Assembly (NCBI GenBank): GCA_964605575.1
Contig: CAZSDG010000002.1
Location: 1-44,360 of the forward strand
Source: an uncultured Muribaculaceae bacterium
Lineage (GTDB): Bacteria; Bacillota_I; Bacilli_A; RF39; UBA660
DNA length: 44,360 nt
Direction of reading: 5' to 3'
A program made the position numbers and the translations under genes. Below, piece after piece: positions 19,074 through 27,029 of the stretch. Numbering within the stretch: the stretch's first letter is position 1; every line of letters begins with the position of its first letter. The notes beneath the pieces are model-generated. The model worked only from the letters and a program-made list of their open reading frames with translations, had not been told where the DNA came from and did no database searches.

Positions 19074-20165
19074 TTATTTCACTTCTCCATCTCTTATTCT
19101 CAATATATTAGCTTGTTGGCGAAGATTTTTATTAACTTTATTTAAATCCGTAACGGTAATAAATATTTGCATTGATAAATCTAAGTTATCTAATATATTT
19201 TTTATTTTATTTTTATCTAATTCACTATATAAATCATCAATTAATAATATTGGAATTTCTTTCTTTAACTCTTTAATAAGATCGATTTCACACATCTTTA
19301 ATGCAATTATCGCATTTTTTTGTTGTCCTTCAGAACCAAAATCCTTTATATTATTATCATCCAGAATAAATTCAATATCATCAGCATGGATTCCTATAAT
19401 TGTTTTACCTAATGTTATTTCTTTTTCTATATTTTTTTGATATAGATTTATTAGTTGATCCTTAGTTTTATTTTCATAATCTGATTTATAATTTATTTTC
19501 AATTTATCATTTTTAGTTATTTTTTTATAATAATCACCTATTTTTAGATTAATTAAATCAATTATTCGCTTTCTTTCTTCAAAAACTTTTAAACCATTGT
19601 CAATCATTTTAGATGTTAAAATATCTAAATAATCTAATGAAATAGTTTTGTTTGTATATAAAACTTTTAAAAACGAATTTCTTTGTTTGTTTAATTTTGT
19701 ATATTCATTTAAATATTTTATATAATCATTATTTAATTGAGAAATAATAATATTAATTATTTTTCTTCTGGTACTAGGACTATCTTTTATTAATTTTAAA
19801 TCGTTAGAGCTAAATGTGACAATTAGTATTTTAGAAATATAATCACTTAAACGATTTATATTATTATTGTTAATTTTAGCTTTTTTACCTTCTTTTGTAA
19901 TTTCTATTTGATATTTATTAACTATTTTTCCCTTAACTTCCCCGGTAATAATGGCAGATTGTTCATTTTTTTTAATAAGAACATTATCATATACATTTCT
20001 AAATGTTTTAGTAAGTGCTAAAATATTTATAGCTTCAATAAGATTTGTTTTGCCACTTCCATTATTTCCTATGATTAAATTTAGGCTTTTAGAAAATTTT
20101 AAATTTATTTTTGAAAAATTACGAAAATTTACTAATTTTAAATTTAAAATTTCCATTTTTACCAC
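19074..20165 (-). CDS. recF: DNA replication/repair protein RecF
   Basis: Walker A GNNGSGKTNLIEAI, signature SEGQQK, Walker B LLIDDLYSELD. Confidence 0.95.
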   Translation of the reverse strand: MVKMEILNLKLVNFRNFSKINLKFSKSLNLIIGNNGSGKTNLIEAINILALTKTFRNVYDNVLIKKNEQSAIITGEVKGKIVNKYQIEITKEGKKAKINNNNINRLSDYISKILIVTFSSNDLKLIKDSPSTRRKIINIIISQLNNDYIKYLNEYTKLNKQRNSFLKVLYTNKTISLDYLDILTSKMIDNGLKVFEERKRIIDLINLKIGDYYKKITKNDKLKINYKSDYENKTKDQLINLYQKNIEKEITLGKTIIGIHADDIEFILDDNNIKDFGSEGQQKNAIIALKMCEIDLIKELKKEIPILLIDDLYSELDKNKIKNILDNLDLSMQIFITVTDLNKVNKNLRQQANILRIRDGEVK

Positions 20166-20176
20166 CTAACATCCCC

Positions 20177-20221
20177 TAAAATAAAATTAATAGGTATTAT
20201 AGTACTCCTATACCTATTAAT
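20177..20221 (-). terminator. Rho-independent terminator after comK (12-bp stem)
   Basis: Stem arms are ATTAATAGGTAT at 20186..20197 and ATACCTATTAAT at 20210..20221, with a 12-nt loop. On the minus strand the hairpin is followed by UUUAUUUU. Confidence 0.7.
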
Positions 20222-20260
20222 ATTATAACACTTTATTTTGACTTAATAAAGGCTTTTTAA

Positions 20261-20713
20261 TCAAAAATTACTTAATTTACGATTTCTCAAAACTGATTCT
20301 AATCTTGTTGCTCTTAATATTTGATTATTCATTACTCCATAAGAAACATCTGACTCAATTATGGTATTATTTTTAAATAATATATAATTTTTATCATTTT
20401 TTTTAATTATTTTTTCTACATTTTTTAAAGATATCCAAGAACACTTATCTATTCTTGGTGACATTGTAGGAAAAAATATTATTTCCTTGCTCTCTTCAAT
20501 AATTACTGGTGCTTTATGTGTAACACCAATTAATTTTGAAGTTCCTTTTTGACGACCTTCTAAAGAACTTCCGAAAAATTCACAACTATCATCCATTATC
20601 TTTAATGCGGATTTATTTACAATAAACACACGATCAGTTTCATAGACTTTGGATTTATCGGATTTAATTGGAATAACAGCAAGTGTTTCTTCATTAATCT
20701 CATATTCTTCCAT
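20261..20713 (-). CDS. comK: ComK-family competence transcription factor
   Basis: 150 aa. YEINEETLAVIP, CEFFGSSLEGRQKGT, HKAPVII and IFFPTMSPRIDKCSWISL line up with B. subtilis ComK (YEVNGATIAVLP, CRFFGSSYAGRKAGT, HKPPIMV, IFLFPTLSSTRPQCGWIS, quoted from memory). Confidence 0.85.
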   Translation of the reverse strand: MEEYEINEETLAVIPIKSDKSKVYETDRVFIVNKSALKIMDDSCEFFGSSLEGRQKGTSKLIGVTHKAPVIIEESKEIIFFPTMSPRIDKCSWISLKNVEKIIKKNDKNYILFKNNTIIESDVSYGVMNNQILRATRLESVLRNRKLSNF

Positions 20714-20735
20714 ATATTCACCCCCTAACGGCTAC

Positions 20736-20744
20736 CTTATAACA
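20736..20744 (-). promoter_or_regulatory. Extended -10 element (TGTTATAAG) of the comK promoter
   Basis: On the minus strand, TGtTATAAG lies about 23 nt upstream of the comK ATG, with RBS GGGGGTG in between. There is no good -35; that region is occupied by the phased repeats. Confidence 0.45.
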
Positions 20745-20750
20745 TATTAC

Positions 20751-20780
20751 TTTGTCGAAATTTGTCGCTTTTTGTCGAAA
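20751..20780. repeat. Three direct TTTGTCG repeats at exact 10-bp phasing over the comK -35 region
   Basis: TTTGTCGAAA / TTTGTCGCTT / TTTGTCGAAA at 20751, 20761 and 20771. Confidence 0.7.
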
Positions 20781-20793
20781 TTATTTTTATTGC

Positions 20794-20818
20794 AAAAAAA
20801 AACACAATATTTTGTGTT
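20794..20818 (-). terminator. Rho-independent terminator after dnaN
   Basis: The minus-strand RNA reads AACACAA-AAUA-UUGUGUU followed by a U-run. It overlaps the dnaN stop codon. Confidence 0.75.
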
Positions 20819-21936
20819 TAATATGTTTTTATCGGTAATATTAGTTGAATTAAAGTTTCATCTGTTACACTTTTAATAATTATAGGTTTAACATCTGAGT
20901 TTAATAATATTAAAATATCATTTTCTTCAAAAGATCTTAATGCTTCTAACATATATTTTGAACTAAAGGAAATATCTATTTCATCTGATTCATTTTTATC
21001 TACAATTAAATATTCTTCCACTTTTCCTAATTCACTAGATAATGATGTTACTGTTAAACTATTTTTATCAGTAATCATTTTTACTGTATTTTTTTCTTTA
21101 TTTTGTGTTAATAAAGAAGCGCGATCAACTGAATCATATAACTCATTAAGTTTAGTATTAATAATAATTGCAAATTCACTTGGAATTAAATTAGAAGTAT
21201 CAGGATAAGTTCCATTTAATAAATTAGTTTTAAAAATAATATTTTTATATTTAAAAATTACCTTATTATTAAATATATGCATATCTACTGGATCAGAATC
21301 ACTAATTATTTTATCAAATTCAATTAAATTTTTGCCTGGAATAACAATATTAATTGATTCATTGACTATATTATCTAATTTTATTGTCTTTTTTGCTAAA
21401 CGATATGAATCAGTAACAATACAATCAAAATTATTACCAATTATTTTAAAATTAACTCCTGTCAATAAAGGTCTTGACTCTTGTGTTGAGATTGCAAATG
21501 CAGTTTGATTAATTATTTTTTTTAATTCTAAACCTTCTATTGATATAGGATTTTCTGCATCTTCGAAAGTAATTGCTGGATAATCATTAAAATTTAAACA
21601 ATTTAAATCATATTTATTTTTATCTGAATAAATCATTATTTTAAATTCATCAATAAGATCAAATTGAACTATTTCTTCAGGCATTTTTCTAATAATATCA
21701 ATAATATACTTACTTTGAATTATTGCTAATCCTTCTTTTTCAATACTAGCTATATCCTTCTTTGGTATTAGTGTTTGAACAATAACTTCAGAATCACTAG
21801 CTGTTAATTCTAATCCTTTCTTTGTTAATTCGAATTTAATACCATTCAATACTGGGATTATATTCTTTGGAGAAATCGCTTTTATTACATAAGATAAGTT
21901 TTCTAGTAATAAATTCTTTTTAATTGAAAATTTCAT
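20818..21936 (-). CDS. dnaN: DNA polymerase III subunit beta (sliding clamp)
   Basis: The track ORF extends to 22005. The canonical N-terminus MKFSIKKNLLLENL starts at the ATG at 21936, preceded by AGAAGGAA, which gives 372 aa, a typical length. Confidence 0.93.
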   Translation of the reverse strand: MKFSIKKNLLLENLSYVIKAISPKNIIPVLNGIKFELTKKGLELTASDSEVIVQTLIPKKDIASIEKEGLAIIQSKYIIDIIRKMPEEIVQFDLIDEFKIMIYSDKNKYDLNCLNFNDYPAITFEDAENPISIEGLELKKIINQTAFAISTQESRPLLTGVNFKIIGNNFDCIVTDSYRLAKKTIKLDNIVNESINIVIPGKNLIEFDKIISDSDPVDMHIFNNKVIFKYKNIIFKTNLLNGTYPDTSNLIPSEFAIIINTKLNELYDSVDRASLLTQNKEKNTVKMITDKNSLTVTSLSSELGKVEEYLIVDKNESDEIDISFSSKYMLEALRSFEENDILILLNSDVKPIIIKSVTDETLIQLILPIKTY

Positions 21937-22034
21937 ATTTATATTCCTTCTTTCTTTTTTATATTTATTATAACGTTTAAATTGTTTAAAACTATTTAAT
22001 ACCAATAAATCACTAACAATATTATATCTTATTA

Positions 22035-22043
22035 TGTTGATAA
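22035..22043 (-). promoter_or_regulatory. DnaA box (TTATCAACA) in the dnaA-dnaN spacer
   Basis: One mismatch to TTATCCACA. It lies in a 111-bp AT-rich spacer (21937..22047). Confidence 0.5.
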
Positions 22044-22047
22044 TATG

Positions 22048-23406
22048 TTAATTAATTTTGTTTTTAATTTCTTCAATCATTTTTTTCACTTGATTATTTT
22101 TCTTAATATCTTCGGTTATTTTATTACAAGCATGAATTACAGTAGAATGACTTTTACCGCCAAATTCTATTCCGATTTTTGTTGTTGTTTCATCTGTAAT
22201 TATTCTAGATAAATATATAGCTATTTGTCTTGGATAGTTAATATCTGCAGTTCTTTTCTTACTTTTTAAATCTTCAACTGTTATTTCGTAGTAATCAGCA
22301 ACAATTTTTTGAATTTTTGTTATGCTACTACTTAAGTATTCATTACTTTTTAAATGATCTTGTAACGATTCCATTGCAAATTCTAAATTAATATTTCTTT
22401 CGTTCATTGTTGCTGAATAAGCAATTAATCTATTTAATGATCCTTGAAGGTGCCTTATGTCATTATCGCTGTTTTGAGCTATATATTCAATTGCTTCCTC
22501 GTTAATATAATCTCTAATTTCTAAATTTTTGATTTTATCCTTTAATATTTTTAATTTTAAAGTGAAGTCTGGTGGATAGATATCAATCGTTAAACCCCAA
22601 CTAAATCTTGTTTTTAACCTATCTTCTAGAAATTTTAAATCATCAGGAGAACGATCAGAACTAATAATAATTTGCCGATTAAGATTTTTTAAATATTCAA
22701 ATGTATGAAAAAATTCTTGTCTAGTTTTCTCAGCTCCACTAAAAAATTGGATATCATCAATGATTAGGACATCAATACTTCTATATTTATTTTTAAAGAA
22801 ATTAATATAATCAAAGTTATTTTCATTATTAGAACTTCTATTATTAATATCTACAAAATCTTCTCGAAATTGATCACTTGTAACATAAAGAACTTTTAAA
22901 TTTGAGTTTTGAACAATATAATTACCAATTGCATGCATTAAATGAGTTTTACCAAGTCCACTTTTACCGTGAATAAAAAGTGGATTATATATTTTACCAG
23001 GATTTTGTGCTACTGTTAATGCTGATGAATAAGCGAATTTATTAGTATCACCAATCATAAATGTTTCAAAAGTATATTCAGGTTTTAAATTAGTGTTTAT
23101 AGTACTATTTTCTAGATTATTTTTATCATTAATAGGATCTTCATCTTGTTGTTCTTCAAGTTCATCTTGATAAATAAAATTAATTTGATAACTTTTTCCT
23201 GTTTTTTCTAAAAATATTTCTTCAAAGAGTGATTTATAAGTATCTGATAAAATTTTTTTATGTAAAGCCATTTCTACTAATATATCTACATTGTTAATAT
23301 CTATATTGTGTAATTTAATATTTTTAAACCAGGCATTGAAAGAAACTGGAGAGATTTGTTCTCTTAATTCATTTAAAACACTATTCCACAAAGAATCATT
23401 ATTCAT
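22048..23406 (-). CDS. dnaA: Chromosomal replication initiator protein DnaA
   Basis: 452 aa. Walker A GKSGLGKTHL, Walker B LIIDDIQF, and the C-terminal DNA-binding signature GGKSHSTVIHA. Confidence 0.97.
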   Translation of the reverse strand: MNNDSLWNSVLNELREQISPVSFNAWFKNIKLHNIDINNVDILVEMALHKKILSDTYKSLFEEIFLEKTGKSYQINFIYQDELEEQQDEDPINDKNNLENSTINTNLKPEYTFETFMIGDTNKFAYSSALTVAQNPGKIYNPLFIHGKSGLGKTHLMHAIGNYIVQNSNLKVLYVTSDQFREDFVDINNRSSNNENNFDYINFFKNKYRSIDVLIIDDIQFFSGAEKTRQEFFHTFEYLKNLNRQIIISSDRSPDDLKFLEDRLKTRFSWGLTIDIYPPDFTLKLKILKDKIKNLEIRDYINEEAIEYIAQNSDNDIRHLQGSLNRLIAYSATMNERNINLEFAMESLQDHLKSNEYLSSSITKIQKIVADYYEITVEDLKSKKRTADINYPRQIAIYLSRIITDETTTKIGIEFGGKSHSTVIHACNKITEDIKKNNQVKKMIEEIKNKIN

Positions 23407-23706
23407 TAATAAACCACCCCGCTCACTAATATTTTTCTTAAGTTAATTTTAACTTAGAATTAACAATTATTAAAGTCAAAAAAACAAACAAGAAGAGTTT
23501 TGAACAATATATCAACAAAAATAATTTGTTAGTTACTTATAATAACTGATAATAAAAAAGTTTTCAACAATTTAAACAAAATGTCTTTGAACATAAATTA
23601 ATATCAACATGTTAAAATGTTTAAAACTATATTTAGTTAAGCTTTATTCATATATTTATCCGTGGTATACTAATATTAATCAGTTAAAGAACTAGATCGG
23701 TAATTT
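23407..23706. other. oriC candidate / divergent dnaA-rnpA promoter region with degenerate DnaA boxes
   Basis: 300-bp AT-rich spacer at the point where gene orientation switches. Same-orientation 9-mers: TTTTGAACA 23498, ATATCAACA 23509, TTTTCAACA 23561, CTTTGAACA 23585, ATATCAACA 23601, TTATCCGTG 23656. Confidence 0.6.
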
Positions 23707-24036
23707 ATGAAAAGATACGAAAAAGTCAAAAAAAATAGTGAGTTTGATTTTATTCTAAACAAAGGAAAAAATTTGAAAAATAAATATTTCAACATTTTTT
23801 TTGTTGAATCGAAATCATATAAACCTAAATTTGGGGTAGCAGTTAGTAAAAAAGTTGGTAATGCTGTAACAAGAAATAAATTAAAAAGAATAGCTACTTC
23901 TATAATTGATAAAAATAAAAACTTATTTAAAAATAATAGAAACTATATTATAATTGTTAAAGGCGATTGTTTAAAATTAAAATATGATTTATTAACAATA
24001 AAGTTAATTAATTTATTAAAGGAGGAGAAAAAATGA
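23707..24036 (+). CDS. rnpA: Ribonuclease P protein component
   Basis: KKNSEFDFILNKGK..., VSKKVGNAVTRNKLKR (RNR motif). Confidence 0.92.
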   Translation: MKRYEKVKKNSEFDFILNKGKNLKNKYFNIFFVESKSYKPKFGVAVSKKVGNAVTRNKLKRIATSIIDKNKNLFKNNRNYIIIVKGDCLKLKYDLLTIKLINLLKEEKK

Positions 24037-24971
24037 AAAATAAAATTAAAATAGTTTTAGGAATATTGTTGATATTTTTAGTAAGTGGGTGTACTCAATA
24101 TTTAAAAGATGATTCTAAAAAAACCGTTACATATGAAAAAACTGGACAAGTAGTAACTGCTAATATATTATGTAAACCAAAAGACCCGGAATTATTAAAA
24201 ATATATGAAAAAAACAAAGAAAGTTTACCTATTGCAATTGAAAAATTACCTGAATGTTCAAATTTTAAACCAAGCAATATTAAATATACAGGAATTTGGG
24301 AATCAATTTTTGTTAAGCCGTTGGCGTGGACAATCGTAACAATTGGTAATTTTGTTAAAAATTATGGTTTATCAGTAATGATAGTAGGCTTATTAATAAG
24401 AATAATATTGTTACCAGTTTCAAAAAAAAGTGCGCTTCAAACCAAAAGAATGGCGGATATTAATCCAGAATTGCAAAAAATAGAAAAAAAGTATAAAGAT
24501 AAAACAGATAAAGAATCAATGATGGCTAAAAGTCAGGAAACAATGTTAATATATAAGAAAAATGGTATAAACCCAATGTCAGGTTGCTTAATTGCTGTTT
24601 TACAATTACCATTGTTCTTTGCATTCTTAGAGGCTATTAATCGGGTTCCAGCAATTTTTGAAGAAAAATTATTAACATTTCAATTAGGAACAACACCTTT
24701 AGTAGGTATTTCTAAAGGAAATTATTTATATATATTATTAGTAATATTAATAATATCTACCACATACTTTTCAATGAGAGATGCTTTAAAGGGAAATCCA
24801 ACAATGCAATCTGATCAACAAAAACAATCAAAATATATGATGATATTTATGATAGGTTTTATTTCAGTAGCATCATTAAATTTACCAACAGCAATCGCAC
24901 TTTATTGGATTGTAACTAATGCCTTTGCAGCAGTCCAAAATACTATAGTGAAAAGGAATGATAACAAATGA
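24033..24971 (+). CDS. yidC: Membrane protein insertase YidC (lipoprotein type)
   Basis: Lipobox LVSGC. YidC/Oxa1 core motifs (LPVSKKS, INPMSGCL..LQLPLFFAF). ATGA overlap with rnpA. Confidence 0.92.
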   Translation: MKNKIKIVLGILLIFLVSGCTQYLKDDSKKTVTYEKTGQVVTANILCKPKDPELLKIYEKNKESLPIAIEKLPECSNFKPSNIKYTGIWESIFVKPLAWTIVTIGNFVKNYGLSVMIVGLLIRIILLPVSKKSALQTKRMADINPELQKIEKKYKDKTDKESMMAKSQETMLIYKKNGINPMSGCLIAVLQLPLFFAFLEAINRVPAIFEEKLLTFQLGTTPLVGISKGNYLYILLVILIISTTYFSMRDALKGNPTMQSDQQKQSKYMMIFMIGFISVASLNLPTAIALYWIVTNAFAAVQNTIVKRNDNK

Positions 24972-25591
24972 AATTAGGAATATATGAAGGAAAAACAGAG
25001 GAAGAAGCTTTAGAAAAAGGACTTGTTGAATTACATGTTCAGGAACAAGAAGTTGTATATAAAGCCGAAGAAACAAAAGGTGGAATTTTTAAATCTGGAG
25101 GTTATAAAGTTTCAATTTTGCCATTAACAGAGGTTAGTGAGTTTATTAAAAATGAATTAACTACTATTTTATCCTTAATGGATATTGAAGTATCATTTGA
25201 AACAAAAATAAGAGCAAATAAAGTTCAAGTAAAAATGTACTCTGATCGTAATTCTATTTTAATAGGCAGAAATGGAAAAACTTTAGAATCATTAAATATT
25301 ATTATTAAGCAATCGATATTTAATCAAACTGGAATGTATCCATATTTTTCCCTAGATGTAGAAAATTATAAAGAAAAACAAGAAGCTAATTTAGAAAGGC
25401 TTGCAAAAAGAATGGCTAAAGAAGTTGTAAACACAAAGGTTGATGTAACATTAGAAAGTATGAATTCTTATGAAAGAAGAATAGTTCATAATTGCCTAAC
25501 TAATTATAAAGGAGTATATACTACTAGCGAAGGTGAAGAACCAAACAGATGTGTTGTTATTAAGTATAAGGAAGTTGAAGAAGAGGAATAA
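24968..25591 (+). CDS. jag: RNA-binding protein Jag/KhpB (KH + R3H domains)
   Basis: LIGRNGKTLESLNIIIK (KH domain) and ERRIVHNCL (R3H domain). Canonical position after yidC. Confidence 0.88.
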   Translation: MKLGIYEGKTEEEALEKGLVELHVQEQEVVYKAEETKGGIFKSGGYKVSILPLTEVSEFIKNELTTILSLMDIEVSFETKIRANKVQVKMYSDRNSILIGRNGKTLESLNIIIKQSIFNQTGMYPYFSLDVENYKEKQEANLERLAKRMAKEVVNTKVDVTLESMNSYERRIVHNCLTNYKGVYTTSEGEEPNRCVVIKYKEVEEEE

Positions 25592-25603
25592 TCCTCTTTT
25601 TTT
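25582..25603 (+). terminator. Rho-independent terminator after jag
   Basis: AGAGGA-ATAA-TCCTCT followed by T7. It overlaps the jag stop codon. Confidence 0.65.
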
Positions 25604-25663
25604 GTTGAAAAATAGTAATTATTGCCCATAATTATGATATAATTAGCAATCGAGAGGGATAAT

Positions 25664-27016
25664 ATGAATGATACAATTTGTGCGATAGCTACAGCAAGTG
25701 GTATTGGAGCAATATCAATTATTAAAGTAAGTGGACCAGAATCAATAAAAATAGTTGATTCTATTTTTACTGGTAATTTAACAAAATCCAAAAATAAAAC
25801 TTTAAATTATGGATTTATCGTTGATAAAAAAGAAAAAATAGATGAAGTTTTAGTATCAATAATGCACTCACCCAAAACATTTACTACTGAAAATATTGTT
25901 GAAATTAATTGTCACGGTGGTATTGCTGTTACAAATAGAATATTACAATTATTAATATTAAAAGGATGTCGACTAGCCGAGCCAGGAGAATTTACAAAAA
26001 GAGCCTATTTAAATGGACGAATAGACTTGGTTGAAGCCGAGGCAATAAGTGATTTAATTGCTTCTGAAACAGAAAAATCAAGTATTTTAGCAATTAATCA
26101 AATAGATGGAAAATTATCCCGAAAAATTCAAGAATTAAGAGATGATCTATTAAGTATTCAAGCCAACATTGAAGTAAATATTGATTATCCAGAATATGAA
26201 GATATAGAAGTCTTAACAAATGAAACATTATTACCAAAATTAGAATTACTTCAAAAGAAGATGAGAAAAATGCTTTTAGACTCTGAAGATGGAAGAATAA
26301 TTCGTAATGGTATTAATATTGCTATAATTGGCAAACCAAATGTTGGTAAAAGTAGTATCTTAAATTTTTTAATTAATGAAAATAAAGCAATTGTGACAAA
26401 TATTGCTGGAACAACAAGAGATATTGTTGAAGGAAAAACAGTTATTAATGGAATATTAATTAATTTTATTGATACTGCTGGTATTCGCGATACAGAAGAT
26501 CAAATTGAAAAAATAGGTATTAATAAAAGTATTGATTCACTAAAAAACAGTGATTTAATAATCTTTGTTTTAGATAATAATACAGTTCTTTCATTTGATG
26601 ATTTAGAAATATTAGAAATGATAAAGGACAGAAAATTTATATTATTTATTAATAAATCAGATTTATCTAAAAAAATTAATAATGATCTTATAAATAAATA
26701 TGATTTAGTTGAGGGAAATACAGTTGAAAATGATGGTTTAGATTCATTAAAAAATAAAATAATAGAAATGTTTAATTTAGAAAAAATAAAAACAAAAGAT
26801 ATTAATTACTTATCTAATTCAAGACAAATAGCTTTAATGAAACAGGCTAGTCAAAGTCTAGATATGGGAATAGAATCACTTAGAAAAGGATTGCCAATAG
26901 ATATTATTGGTATTGATTTAAGCAAGTCGTGGAGTTTACTTGGTGAAATAATAGGCGAAAGTTATGAACAAGAATTATTAGATAAACTTTTTAGTAATTT
27001 TTGTTTAGGAAAATAG
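25664..27016 (+). CDS. mnmE: tRNA modification GTPase MnmE
   Basis: DTICAIATASG, G-domain GKPNVGKSS/DTAGIR/NKSD, C-terminal FCLGK. Confidence 0.96.
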   Translation: MNDTICAIATASGIGAISIIKVSGPESIKIVDSIFTGNLTKSKNKTLNYGFIVDKKEKIDEVLVSIMHSPKTFTTENIVEINCHGGIAVTNRILQLLILKGCRLAEPGEFTKRAYLNGRIDLVEAEAISDLIASETEKSSILAINQIDGKLSRKIQELRDDLLSIQANIEVNIDYPEYEDIEVLTNETLLPKLELLQKKMRKMLLDSEDGRIIRNGINIAIIGKPNVGKSSILNFLINENKAIVTNIAGTTRDIVEGKTVINGILINFIDTAGIRDTEDQIEKIGINKSIDSLKNSDLIIFVLDNNTVLSFDDLEILEMIKDRKFILFINKSDLSKKINNDLINKYDLVEGNTVENDGLDSLKNKIIEMFNLEKIKTKDINYLSNSRQIALMKQASQSLDMGIESLRKGLPIDIIGIDLSKSWSLLGEIIGESYEQELLDKLFSNFCLGK

Positions 27017-27029
27017 AAGGAAAAAGGCT

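Noticed and set aside
21937-22005. N-terminal extensions proposed by the ORF track for dnaN (to 22005), murA (from 35639), rpmE (from 37047) and fba (TTG 34831).
   Set aside because: In each case the canonical conserved N-terminus begins at an internal ATG that has a proper Shine-Dalgarno sequence. The extension overlaps the upstream gene, promoter or intergenic DNA.
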